NCBI GenBank assembly: GCA_030295235.1
Contig: AP026130.1
Location: 62,001 to 126,000 of the forward strand
Reading direction: 5' to 3'
DNA: 64,000 nucleotides
DNA from: Fistulifera solaris
Taxonomy: Eukaryota
Shown here in pieces: positions 38,491 to 50,727 of this stretch; positions within the stretch are counted from its first letter, which is position 1, and each line of letters starts with the position of its first letter. The position numbers were made by a program, and so were the translations under genes. The notes beneath the pieces were generated by a model. The model saw only the letters and a program-made list of their open reading frames with translations. It was not told the origin of the DNA and did not search any database.

Positions 38491-39927
38491 TCAGAGATTA
38501 TATAGATGAAGTTGGGCATACAGTTTGGGTGCGTCAATGCTGCCTCGGAGAAAAGGAATACCCATAAAGACACCGACACCTGCGGCCATCGTGAATGACG
38601 TGCAAACCATCAAAAGACTGAGGACAGCAATATAAGCCAAAAGCCACCAAACCGATCCAAGGAGGCGCGACAAGACACCATTTCGGGGGGCAGCAAGAAC
38701 TTCTTCAGTAGCCGTATCATTGCTGTCAAATACATCCATGTCTCGCGGAAGATGCGGAATACTTGTCACACGCAGAGGAAGACGCATATGATTTGGATCA
38801 AACTGGAAATTCAACGCGTGCAGACACAAGTAGCGTTTCGTCGGGAGTCGTCCGTGGTAACCTTTCACTGGTATGATGAATGTTGTGAGCAACGAAAAAA
38901 CATAAACAATAACAACACATCACTTACTCCGCTGTCGCTCAACCCATTTTCCGAATTCAGTATCGACAGGAACACGTGTATGTCCGTGTACTTGGTGAAA
39001 ACGGAACAACAAAGTCATGTTTTTCTCCCAAGTCTCGTCCGAGTCGTCTTCTTTTTGAATTTGAAGTGAGCTTTCAACAAAACATTAATCTTGGCTGTCG
39101 ACATCAGGTCATCCTCGAAATCCGCTAAGAAATGGGAGACGTGAGCATCATGGGGGCTGTCGTGGGCTGCTTTAATAAGAAGTTCACTTACTTTTCTGAC
39201 GCAAGACTCATTCACCGAGTTCGGAGTCGCTTTCTTTTATAGTTTTGAGATCCAGCGGACCGCGAGCTTCAACCATTTTGTAAAAGCGTTCGAGCAGGTC
39301 ATTCCAAGTCCTATTCTCGCCCACCTCGGACAAGAAGATGTTGTCTTGTGGAAAACCTGGTTGAGTGTCAGAGCGTGACGGCACCATCGATCGCGACGAC
39401 GCCTCGGACACGGAACCTTGATTGTTTGACGCTGTCTGGTGACCAACAGATTCACGCCGGAACGACTCTGGGATGTCGATTTGGTTTGGAACCATCCCGT
39501 CGTCACGGTTTACTCGACTTGGTGCTCCCGATCGTACACTGGTTTTCTCCTCTTCGGCGTGGAGCTGTGCATCTTGGATCTCATTCTCGTTGTTTTCGTG
39601 GCTTGCCGGCTCTACATCCTGTAGCTGATGGACAACGCTCTTGCTCTCTTCATGCTCTTCTTTTCCAGCATCTCCGCTTTGAGACTCTTCGCACAAATCG
39701 ATGACTGGGCTACCTTCTGCGGGAGGTGAGCTTTTGCGTTTCTTTGGAGGCGAGTCGTCGTCATCGGAAACTCCCAAAAGAATTCGACGACGACGTTTGA
39801 TTGGCCGGGATGGTGGGAATGATGAAATGCTGACATCCTCGTCTTCGTCTGAGTTGTAGGAACGGATAGACTTATTCATTGCCTCCTCTTGCTCCGTGAG
39901 TGTTTTGCTTCTCGGTTTGCGAGACAT
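38491..39927 (-). pseudogene. Hypothetical protein with a degenerate helicase-associated (HA)-like repeat
   Basis: 239-aa low-complexity ORF ending WNDLLERF...LGE*VLRQK, where TGA replaces the conserved W of LGxWVxxQ. Broken downstream ORFs. The 3' end is uncertain. Confidence 0.4.
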
Positions 39928-40304
39928 TCTATCTGCGGTTGATGGTAGACAAAGACAAACAAGCCGTCAGTTGCATCAAAGCAAATGAATGAGACCTGTT
40001 CTCAAACACCCCAATGAGGAAGAGAACCACAAAATCGTTGCACCAAAACGCCTCGCACGAAAATCCTACGGCTACGTACAATGTAGTATAAAAAATAAAA
40101 GAGTATCGTTAACTCTCTCTCTAGAGCTAGCAGAGAGCTCTCTAGAGTATTTGACGACGCAGTGGTAACGAATATTGGAAGGTATATATCGCGATCGCGA
40201 AATGCTCGATGCACGCAGCAGCCAAACTGTGAAATGATGAACTGCTGAAAAGAATATGGTATCTTTTTCTTATTATTACTTCATCACTTCATTCTACGAA
40301 AAAT

Positions 40305-43300
40305 TTACTTTGATTTGGTGCCGTATTTCTTGTGCGCGGCTTCGACCATGCCAGCGACGACTTCCATGCCGCGCGATTCCCATTCCTGACGGTTCTTTTC
40401 CGCATAATTCAAATATTCATCGCTGGAAACCCCAAAGACACCGCACTCGCGCAACTTCTTCGCCAAGGGAATAATGTAAAAGTCAAAGAAGCCGATTTCT
40501 CCCTTATACCAGTTGTCTGATGGATCGGTGGCGGAGCGACCTTGAATGTAGGCGCTGTACAATTCTTCGAACAATCGTTCATTCCATTTGCGGTAAATGT
40601 GCCAGTGTTGCATTGTGTGCGAGACATCTGAGGCTTGAATCAAGTGCTCAATGACAATGGTTGCCTTGCGATCGACGGCGTCTTTCAGTGACTCTTCGAC
40701 GTTGTCCCCAGCAAAAGCCTTTTCCCAGCGTTTGTTGCGAAGGCACTTCAGGTCCTTGTCCATAATGTCAGTGGCCATGACCGAGTTGACCACCAGTTGA
40801 CGGAAACGCACGCGCTCATATTCTGTAGGACAGATCGCCAGTCGCAAGTCGTTGAAATTGTTGTCTTGGAGCAACTCCCACGATAAATCGACCGAGTTCT
40901 GTTCGGCAATACTCTTCTCGCGGTAGTATTTGGCGAGCTGAGGATTTTCAACAATCAACTGTGTGTTGGGGACACCGACGTGGTCGACATCATGAATCAA
41001 AGCCGAAAAGACACAGGCAAACTGCGTGAGCGGATCCGATGTAATACCGTACGTGTAATCGTGAAGAGTCGATTCCAAGTCGCTGTTTGTCGCGTCGACA
41101 TCGGGAGTTACAATTCGAGAAAGGAGCTTGACGACCGACATGGTCACATGTGACGCATGTTCAAAGTTGTGGAATGGGTTGTTACGATACATGGAAGCAA
41201 TCGCCGAAACGTATTCGCGGAGTTGATCCATGACGACCTTGCTGAGTTCTTCTTCTTTGCTTTCGTTGTTCTTGCATTTCTTGAAGACAGGCATGCGGAT
41301 GATCTCTTGTACTTCGTCCAAAGGCGTCGTTGCTATTTTGGAGAAACTCATATGGCGGATAGATTCCTGAGTGCTCAAGATATCCTTGCGACGCGCAATG
41401 ATGTTCTTCAGCAAGGACGCGAGAACTTCGACATTCCATTTAACAAGACGATCTGTTTTCTCATCCAAAACGGGGGCCATGGCGTCATGAGGTGCGCCAT
41501 CAATGTGGTTTTCATCGTATTCTCCAGACCCGTCGGTTTCGCTGGACGCGTTTTCACTTCGAGCTTGGTTCGATGCTTTGGTTGTGACGAGCCAGTATGT
41601 CTGCAGCTCGCCCTTTCCTTTGCGACAACAGTCTCTTCGCGCGGAGCCACCCAGTGTTCTTTGCCTGCCGCTATCAACAATCTGGCAGTTTCTTGAGACA
41701 TGTGAATCTTTCCAGGGAGTCCATTCGATTCCATTCTGCTGGCTGTGTTCATCGTGTCACCAAACAGCTGGAATCGAGAACGCTCGCCACGAAGAACACC
41801 GGCCGTCACCGGACCGCTGTGCAAGCCGACACGCATTTGCAGTTCGGTCGTATCAGGACCAAGAAGCACTTCTAGTTTGCGCGTCAATATATCCATCTTT
41901 TGAACGCAATCCAACGCAAAGCGACACATTGCCACTGCGTGGTCTTTTCGAGGATCTGGCAGCCCGGTCACAGCGACATAACAATCACCCACGGTCTCGA
42001 CCTTGAAAACGCGACGAGCCTTGGCGATATCGTCCATTGCCTTGTAAATGGTTTCCAACAAGATAAAGACTTGCGTTGGTTCTCGCATGGAACTCCAGGC
42101 AGTGAAACCTGACAAAAAAGAAAGCAAACAGCAGCAATGGAAGGTTAAATAAAGGAATACTGTAAGACCTGTAGCTCGCTCGTATCACTTCGCTTTCGCA
42201 TTTGGTACCTACCTGCCAGATCTAAGGTTTGATATGACATCAAAAGATGAAACAAGGAGTTAAAGATGCGCATGATGGACAACGACTCGCTCTTCGCAAG
42301 CTCTTCAGTATTTTTAGTGCTTACCTGCGAAGAGAACTGTGGTTTCTGGAAAAAGATCAGCAATAGGCTTGGTCTTGTACATGTACTGGTCGTTTTCATC
42401 ACCGCCACCAGCCGCTTCGTTGTCTTCGTCATTTCCAGTTGATAGATACGATTTCAAACGACTTTTTCCGTTGAGCGCCTTCTTTTCGTCGCTTTCATCT
42501 TTGGCTTGGGCAAAGATGCGGTCGCGCACGTTGGAAGGAAAAAGGGATGATACAATTCGCGTTGGTTTGGGTCATTGCAACTAGCATTTTACGATTTCGT
42601 CGACCGACAAAGCGGTCAAACATAAGAAAAGCCGTTATCATGAACGCAAAGGCAAACACAAGCATTGTCGTTGCTTGGACAGGATTCGATGAGTGGTACC
42701 GTTCTGCAAACGCTGCGGTTGGATACACGTGAAGGTAAAGAGACAGTGACCTTCGACAGATGCAAACTCCTCTTCGGTCAAACCATCTTCGAGTTCAAAA
42801 AGGGGATGATCTCTTCCATGTGATTGTAATGGGTATCATGCAGATCACCCGGACCTATATATGTGACCTGAAGCAGAGTGGTGCGTCAGTGCAATTTTTC
42901 ATCCTATGCAGGCCACACTTCTATTGATAGCAACTTACCGATGTTCCTTGTAGAGTGTATGTGAACGACTGATTGCAGCTGTTCTTTAGAACCGCAATAA
43001 TGTCGGAAGCTCCTTCGGGTAGTAGATTCACCATGTTTGAATCCCAAAAAAATATGCTGTATACTTTCCCGGCAATCTTTGCAGTGTCTAGGTCTAACAA
43101 GCTGTCAAACACGGGATGGCCAATGGCACAGACTGGGGGGAAATTTTCAGTTCCGGGCAGTGGTTCAAGTACTTCCGACATGACGGCCCGTCGGAATGTT
43201 TCAATTGCATTATTACTCGTGTTCGCCCCATATCCATAGCTATCAAAGTTGATCTCATAAGTGGAACGCACTGGAGGAGAGGCTTGCCAACGTGGACCCC

Positions 43301-44036
43301 ATGGCCCTTCACTTGTGGGGAGAAATGGCAATGGACTTTTGATTGAATAATCGGTACTTGAATGGTTGAACCATTCTTCCGTGAAATTGTGGCCGGGTTC
43401 AGCGAGGAAGAGTGCGATCGAGTCGTTGTACCAACCGATGTTTTCAGTTGCGTACGCATTGAATGCGTCACGCTGTTCCACCCTCAACCGTTGGACTCCA
43501 AACAACCTCAAGGATACCTGACATCTCCCTGGCTTGCCCGCCGATGACTTCGAATAAGTCAACCGTGACGAATGGGAAGGTTTCATTTTTTTCGACGGCG
43601 GCTTTCGTGACCTGTCCTGCAACCAGTGCGCCCGCATTGAAAACATCATGAACTTGAGATTCAACAGCGTTTCGGATTGCTGCGACAAAGAATTCGTACT
43701 GCCAGACAATTTGTTGGTTACAAAGCGACGACAAAACTTAACAGTGGGGGCGAAAGTGAAAAACGCCTTACTTACGCTGTCTTCAAATTCGTCAATGTCC
43801 TGGGCTTGTAGGAGGCGAAAAGTGATCGTCGACACTGCTACAGACACTGCAACAAGGATTAGGAGGGTGAAAATTCGCCACATTTGGACACCCCTCGTCT
43901 CACGACGGGTCAGCTCCGCGATTGCTTCTTCTTCGGCTTTTTCCTGGTCGTTTGTGTCCATGCCAGAGGATTGAAGATCATCGTCGGATGATTCACCGCC
44001 GTCAACGCTCCATGAATGATCACTGTCTTCGATCAT
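40305..44036 (-). CDS. Membrane adenylate/guanylate cyclase fused to an HD-type phosphodiesterase domain (multi-exon, frameshifted)
   Basis: TM - extracellular region - TM; cyclase motifs (FPETTVLFA, FKVETVGDCYVAVTG, GLHSGPVTAGV, FGDTMNTASRMES); PDE motifs (FHNFEHASHV, HDVDH, QASDVSH). Introns near 43.7, 42.9 and 42.1-42.3 kb. Confidence 0.9.
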
Positions 44037-44297
44037 TGTCGATGTTCTTGTTATTCGTATTTGTTGCCCTGTTGCAAATCAATTTTGCTCGAAAATGAGC
44101 ACAATTTTGTGGTTGGACCAAGTCGCTTGTGCCCTGGCCTCATCGTGACCGGGTTTGGCTGCGGACGAGTGCGGATTTGTTTGGGCTTTTTGATGACTGT
44201 CATAATTCGCCATAATTCTGGCTTATATCGGCTACAAATTATGTAGAAGAATATGTAGAAGACAGTGATATTCCGGAAAAGTCGGGATGAGGCCGAA

Positions 44298-45808
44298 TTC
44301 TGAGTTCTGAGAGCTGGATCTGAGATCTGAGAGACAGTTCACAGTTCTTGAAGTCGCAAGTCGCAAGGTTTACTCCTACTCCGTATTGTTTATTGTTTAT
44401 TGTCAAATGGTCCATGCCACGTTTGGGTATTTCGTTTACAGTTACCCGTTACAAATTACGGAGTACAGCATTGCAGCTTACAGCTTAGAGCTGACGTGTA
44501 CATAGTTCCTCCGAAATCTGGAGTAATTTACTGTACAGAATCCTAACCGGCCGATCGACAATCGACAAGCGGTGATGAGTGATAAGTGATGAGTGATGAG
44601 CTCATCAGTGATGAGTGATGAGTAATGAGTAATGACTCTCTTTGGGCCTTGGGCCATTGATAGGGTGGAGGGTGGCATTGGCCCTCGAGCTGCGACTGTC
44701 CGCGAGACTCATAGTTTTTTTTATTAAAAGTGAATACCTGGTAGCTGGTAGTGACGCGCGTAACTCGTAACGGACATGAAAAGGGAAGCTTGAAGCTTCG
44801 TGCGTAGCGCGTTAGCGCTTAGCTTGCCCTCGAAGCTCGAAGCATGAACCTATTATTTTTAAAAATAAAGAGTAAATAATAAAGAATGAGGAAACGTGGC
44901 ACGTGCTGGGAGTTTTTTGTCTTCTTGTCTTGCGGCGAAAAGGCGAAGTCGAAACAAAAAAGCATTAAGTAAGACGTAAGACTGACTCAGGATTACTAAA
45001 AGGTCTTTTGGCAATTTCCATGAAACTACTCTGACCTCTGACTGTGGGCCGTGAACCGTGAACCGTGAACAGACAACAGACGGGCAATGCGGAGAGTGCG
45101 GAGTGCGGAGAAGTCCGATTGATTGATTGACAATCTTTGAAACTTGTAATCTGAGCTGGGAGCTGGGAGTTTTTAGTCGCTATTCGCCAGATTCCCGATC
45201 TCACCTTATCACCTATCAGTAGGGTTCCGGCCGGGTTGAACCCTTCCAGGCCCGACCCCTATCTGGACGGGTCGGATGGGTTTAGCGGAAGGGTTCGTCT
45301 CCAGAAACCTTCCTCGGACGGGTATTCATAACCTATTGATTTAGTGTTTCTCTGAGTGCCACGTGGATTTAGATGATGTTCTAGACGGCGCTACAAGCGT
45401 GAATTTAATGATAAATAGCATTGGAGTACCAAATCATCACTTATTTATTATAGGTTGATGACTTGGGATGACAGCATTGTGAAAAAGTTGCCTGAAACTG
45501 GCAAAATAAATTAAACATCGATGGAATTGTCATATTCTTGGGCATCGCAATATTTAGTCATGAAAAACGAGAGGCTTTATCTTTCCGCTATATGGTATAA
45601 ATTAACGTTGATTTCTCATTGAAAATCGAGTGTTTGAGGGCCGTCCACAAAATTTTCGCCAGCCCGCCGGAAGTCGGACTGAACCCTTCCGGCGGATGGG
45701 TCCGGAAGGGTCGAAGAGGGCCTTCGGCCCCTTCCAGTGGACGGGTCCAAAAGTCGAACCCGGCCGGAACCCTACCTATCAGCCGTAAGCCGTAACTATC
45801 ACCTATCA
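44298..45808. repeat. Tract of about 20 different 7-bp tandem duplications
   Basis: For example ttctgag x2, acagttc x2, aagtcgc x2, cagctta x2, gtgatga xn, ttgggcc x2, ccgtgaa x3, gccgtaa x2. Confidence 0.85.
45220..45774. mobile_element. hAT-type MITE, 555 bp
   Basis: Perfect 18-bp TIR TAGGGTTCCGGCCGGGTT, 8-bp TSD CCTATCAG (45212-45219 and 45775-45782), and subterminal ACCCTTCC/GGACGGGT repeats. Confidence 0.93.
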
Positions 45809-46459
45809 AAAGGCTGTTATTGAAAAATGAGTTAAGAGTATAAGGAAGACGTTGCACAATAGACATCAGACTAGTCGATTTTCCAATTGACAGCATAAAT
45901 TTCCTTTATTTCGAAAATCTAACATCGTCGTTTCTCTTTTATTGGCGTCGTGCTATTCGCGGTTGATAGAACTTAGACCGATTTGGCCTTTTGCCTTTCA
46001 TCATTTCCCTTTCCCTTCCGGCTTGCATGGACTATGAACCGGGAATGATGAACGATGAACGACCAGGCAAAGATTTATGGTACGCCTGCTTTTTAGTCTC
46101 TAGTCTTTCCAGCGTTTTCAGAACATTGTGTCGTTTATCGCTTTCTTCTTTTTCAAGATCTGATCTGTTAGAATTGTGCAACTATTCTTGACGTGATTCG
46201 AGCCGTTTCTAAACCAAGGGGAAATTCCCAACACTCGTCACTCGTTCTTTCTTTCGTGAAAGACGCGCCCGACGGGACTGAAGACATAAATGACGCAGCG
46301 GTAAAGAATAATATGGCGGCATAATAGCGCACATCGCGCAAAACCGAAACGCAACGACAGCATCAAAAAAAATGCGATGTGCTTCATTGTTCTTTTCCCT
46401 GAAAAGATCTTCTTTTGCCATTATTCCTCATTTGTTTATTTCAATAAAAGATTGAACCT

Positions 46460-47602
46460 ATGACAGCGATTTCGGACTCGCAAAAGTTTGACCGCGAACG
46501 TCAAATTGCCTACTTTTCGGCCTGCTTACGAGAATTGCCGGCGCCGTACTGCAAATTGGACACCAATCGACTGACCATGGTGCATTTTTGTGTACACGCG
46601 CTAGATTTACTCGGTGTTTGGGATGAGATGAGAGAAAAGGGCAACACGTATCCGTCGTTTGTCAAGGCAAACGACGTTGTCGAGTGGATATTGTCGTCAC
46701 TTTTGCACACCGACAACAACAATCCGCCAGACGCCGGCTTCATCGGCGGAACATTTCTTCCCCCGCAACACAAATATCATCACAGTCACATTGCCATGAC
46801 TTATACGGCTTTATGTATCTTACAAACACTGGGTGTGAACGTTCGCGACGATCCCCGGATTCCCCAAACTGCTATCCTTCGTACCTTGCGACGATTGCAA
46901 CAACCCGATGGGAGTTTTGCTTCCACTCTTCAAGGAGATGGTGAACACGATTTGCGCTTTTTATACTGTGCCTGTTGTATTTCTTATTTGCTGGACGACT
47001 GGAGTGGTATCGACATACGCCGCGCCGTTGCGTACGTTCGAAATTGTCGATCGTTCGACGGTGCATTGGCGTTAGTTCCGCACGGCGGAGAAGGACACGG
47101 CGGATCGACGTTTTGTGGTGTCGCCAGTTTAGTCTTGATGAACCAGTTGCATGTGATTGTGGAAGATGCAGACTGGAAGGCGAGTTTGCTGTATTGGTGT
47201 GTCACACGACAACAGAAACAGGGACTACAAGGTCGTCCGAACAAGGATGAAGATACATGCTATTCGTACTGGATTGGTGCTACCTTGAGACTGTTGGGAC
47301 ATGATGCTGGTACCGGTAACGAAGACGATGTGCTATGCTTTTTGGATCATGCCGAGCTGCGGTCCTTTGTTTTGTCGTGTCAGCATCCTCTGTTGGGAGG
47401 ATTCTCTAAAGTACGAAATACCCATCCGGACGTTTTGCATTCGTATTATAGTTTGGCGTATTTGAGCTTATCACAAAAGTACCGACAAGATACACAAATT
47501 GAAAACGATTTAGAGGGCGTGTCTTTGAAGGCATTGAATTGTACTATGGGAATCGGTCAAGCAAGTATTTCGGCAGATCAGGGATTTCTACCTCTCCCTT
47601 GA
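46460..47602 (+). CDS. PGGT1B: Geranylgeranyltransferase type I beta subunit
   Basis: LDTNRLT, HIAMTYTAL, EHDLRFLYCA, EGHGGSTFC, GRPNKDEDTCYSYW and PDVLHSY. Confidence 0.88.
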   Translation: MTAISDSQKFDRERQIAYFSACLRELPAPYCKLDTNRLTMVHFCVHALDLLGVWDEMREKGNTYPSFVKANDVVEWILSSLLHTDNNNPPDAGFIGGTFLPPQHKYHHSHIAMTYTALCILQTLGVNVRDDPRIPQTAILRTLRRLQQPDGSFASTLQGDGEHDLRFLYCACCISYLLDDWSGIDIRRAVAYVRNCRSFDGALALVPHGGEGHGGSTFCGVASLVLMNQLHVIVEDADWKASLLYWCVTRQQKQGLQGRPNKDEDTCYSYWIGATLRLLGHDAGTGNEDDVLCFLDHAELRSFVLSCQHPLLGGFSKVRNTHPDVLHSYYSLAYLSLSQKYRQDTQIENDLEGVSLKALNCTMGIGQASISADQGFLPLP

Positions 47603-47646
47603 TAGTAATTTTATTGCCTTGTTGTTTAAAGCAGATTAAAGTGTTG

Positions 47647-48687
47647 CTACATTTCTTCAGCTGCATCTACAATTTCGTTCTTCTTAGATAGCAAACTGCC
47701 GCCCCATTTCATTGCAAAACTAGAATGATCTCGCAAGCATTCCCATTGCGGTCGCGTCGTTGATGCGCTAGTCGTCGCCCAAGTTTCCTCATTCTTCGTA
47801 TACTCTTCCAGTAGGCCATGCAGTTGCCAATGCTGTACATAGTGCCGCAAAACAGTTCCTGCTCTTGACAGACGTGTCCATCGTGTAAGATCATCGAAGT
47901 CGCATCGAATTGTCGTCCATTGAGCGGAATGGGATGCACGGCCATTTCTTCCTGTGACGGAATAATTTTTCCATCGAATCATCCATTAGCAGTGTATTGT
48001 GGCGATTCCACAAGGGATACTGAATCCAGACCTTTTGTAAATCCTTTTGAAACAGGGGACTCGCGTTATTGTTCATTGACAAGTCATCGTGGGTGGCCAG
48101 GCATTGATCTTGTCCCCACACAAACAAAAAGGTCGATACCGGAATCTGTAGCTGTTCTAACAAAGCATGTACCGTTTTTCGTTTCGCCGAGGTCCACAAG
48201 GCCAAACACACGTTGGAAGATTGCCAGTGTTGCAAAAAGGCGTGCAAGTGCGGACGGGCAATCACCGGTGTTTGCGCGACATGAGCATCGATCGGTCGGT
48301 ATTCGATGGTCCTATTTGCAGTTTCTATTCTTTCCTTTGATTTTCGTATCCGATGACATAATATTCCGTTCAAGTCAAGTATTAACAGCGGCTTGATGTG
48401 AATGTGACAATTTTGATGACTATCGGCAGGAGATGAGGCTGTCGTCGTCACAACACGAATTATATTCTCGTCCTTCTCGGGTAAATGTAAAAGAGTCGCT
48501 CCTAAAGAACATTGTTCGGCACATTGAATGAGTCGATTGATAGCTGGACGTGCTTTCGCTTCTTGAAGTGCTGCAGCGCGCTTTTCGGAACGGCTCCAAC
48601 GTTGCTTCTTCTTTTCGTGGTGGCTGAGGTCGTTGCATTCGTTAAAGCGTTAATGCTACAAATCACACTCGAAGATGAAGAAGACAT
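47647..48687 (-). CDS. NIF/FCP1-like HAD phosphatase-domain protein (frameshifted)
   Basis: LLILDLNGILCHR, RPHLHAFL, LWTSA, VWGQDQC, KDLQKVW and NTLLMDDS. Start codon uncertain. Confidence 0.7.
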
Positions 48688-49165
48688 GAGAGAGTAGATA
48701 GATTGTTGAAACTTTTTCCTTCTACACAATCTTGTTCGAAGGAAATGCATGTTATGTACAAGTATGTTGGGTTGGCGGCCATTGTCATTATTATTTCGTG
48801 GTACTATGTGCGAGCACAATCCTTCAGCATTTCTGTCTGGGCACGGCGTTAAATTATCCCAGAAAGGGACTTGCGCGCACGCCGGTAACTTTAGTGTCGT
48901 AAATCTCTACATCCCGGACAGGCGAGATAGCCGTTGCTTTATGTATAAAACTGGATCAGACCCGCGATACTAAATTTGAGTACAGTGAAAACCGTTCAGA
49001 CTCGTCCGATGTCTCAACGGCTCTGTTGTAGATTATCTGGTCGCTAAAAGCCGCAACCTGTTTTCTTGCAAGCAGATTGCACACTAACTTACAAACAGCA
49101 ACACAAGAAACTTCTATGTGCACAATACCCTGGTAATGTGCAATGCATGTGCTACAAGAAATCTT

Positions 49166-49790
49166 CCAGCAAGTTATCGCGGACTCGCGATAAATATCCC
49201 GAGCTCGCGATAATTATCGCGGATATTTATCGCCTATCCGGGATATTTATCCCCGGCACGCGATATTTCTTTTGAATTCCAAATTCCATTTCTGCCCTAT
49301 TGCCTCGAAAATGAAATTCAGCGCACAGAACGCATTAGAGTTTTGCGAATAGCCTAGAAAAAACGAAGACACGCTTGCAACTTGCAACTGCAACCGATCA
49401 AGCACTTTCAAATATCGACCACTCTTGTTCTTGTCACTTGTCGTTCATCTGAAAAAGCTCCTACTCGCTCCAAGAAAAGTCACCAGCAACAATCTTACGC
49501 GCCTCAGTCACTCGGCATTAGATATACTTCTTGCGCACAGCCATGACAAGGTGATGCTCGTGTTGCAGTTGTTGTTAATAAACCTTACGAAGTACGCAGT
49601 CGTTTGATAACCTTACTGCAGAACGTTTAAGGTTGCGAGGGCCTTGATTGGCGATGGAATTTCATGCAGCGCCAGACGGAATCTTACTTATCATCTCCGG
49701 GCGATAATTATCGTGGATAATTATCGCGTATCCGCGATAAATATCCCCGATCCGGGATAATTATCGCCGGTTGAGATAATTAAACGCTGC
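49166..49790. mobile_element. Degenerate MITE-like element with GATA(A/T)(A/T)TATC subterminal arrays at both ends
   Basis: Clusters of gcgataattatcgc / gataaatatccc at 49170-49257 and 49688-49782. Imperfect CAGC...GCTG ends; no TSD seen. Confidence 0.5.
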
Positions 49791-50727
49791 TGCCGAGAAA
49801 CATCGCTTGAAAGACAATCATATTTTTCAGTTACGTCAATGTGATCTACTCCTAAATCCTGAAAATCGCTAAAACACCCAAAATTGAAGCTCTTTAGGCC
49901 ATTTCTACTGAGTACTATTTATCAGAGATATGTATAAGTCTTTTCTTCCTTGATGTTTCCATTCAGTCGATTCGGATCGTATCGGTTACCAAGAGCTACA
50001 GACTGTTGATAGTGTTTTCCCCATTGCTGTTCGCCACATATAGACGTACTGTTGAAAGGTCAGTCCGATGACGGTGAATGACGGATAATCGTCTTCGCGA
50101 TAATTTAACGCCGTGCCCTGTATCAAAATAAATACTATGGTGGATAGTGTAGACTCACTTATCCACGACTGCACTTCAGTCATGAATCCATTTTCTTTCG
50201 AGCTTATTATCGAGCGACAATGCTGCCTACAATTGTTTGTCAAAAAAGTTCTTGAGCTTCATTTGTTGCTATTGCAATGAGATAGGCTTAAGCAGCGTTG
50301 TTCCAGTCAATCTCATCGAAATGAAGCGGACCCGCAGTACTGTAACTTTTAAAACGGAACATTCTCTCCTTCTTGCTCAGTCACGCGAAATGCCTTTACT
50401 GTAACAGTTTTTTGAAAGCAGATGATCAGAGTGAATCAGAGAAATTAACACTTCCGAAAGTCTTTCAAGATTAAAGTTGCTTTTTCTTAGGTCGGTTTAA
50501 TTTTGGAAGCGTTAACGCTTAACATCACACTCGAAGATGGAGTAGACACGAGAAAACTGGTTGTTGAAACTGTTTCATTCTACAGCTAACAAGCTTGTTC
50601 GAATTCAATGCAAAGCGCCTGCGCATGAAAAGCAAAGGGTAATAAAGAAAAACGACCAAAGCAAAAGTAAAAAGGCAGGTCCACTCAGGAACTGCGGAAT
50701 CAATTAGATTAATTCATTCCTTCTTTG

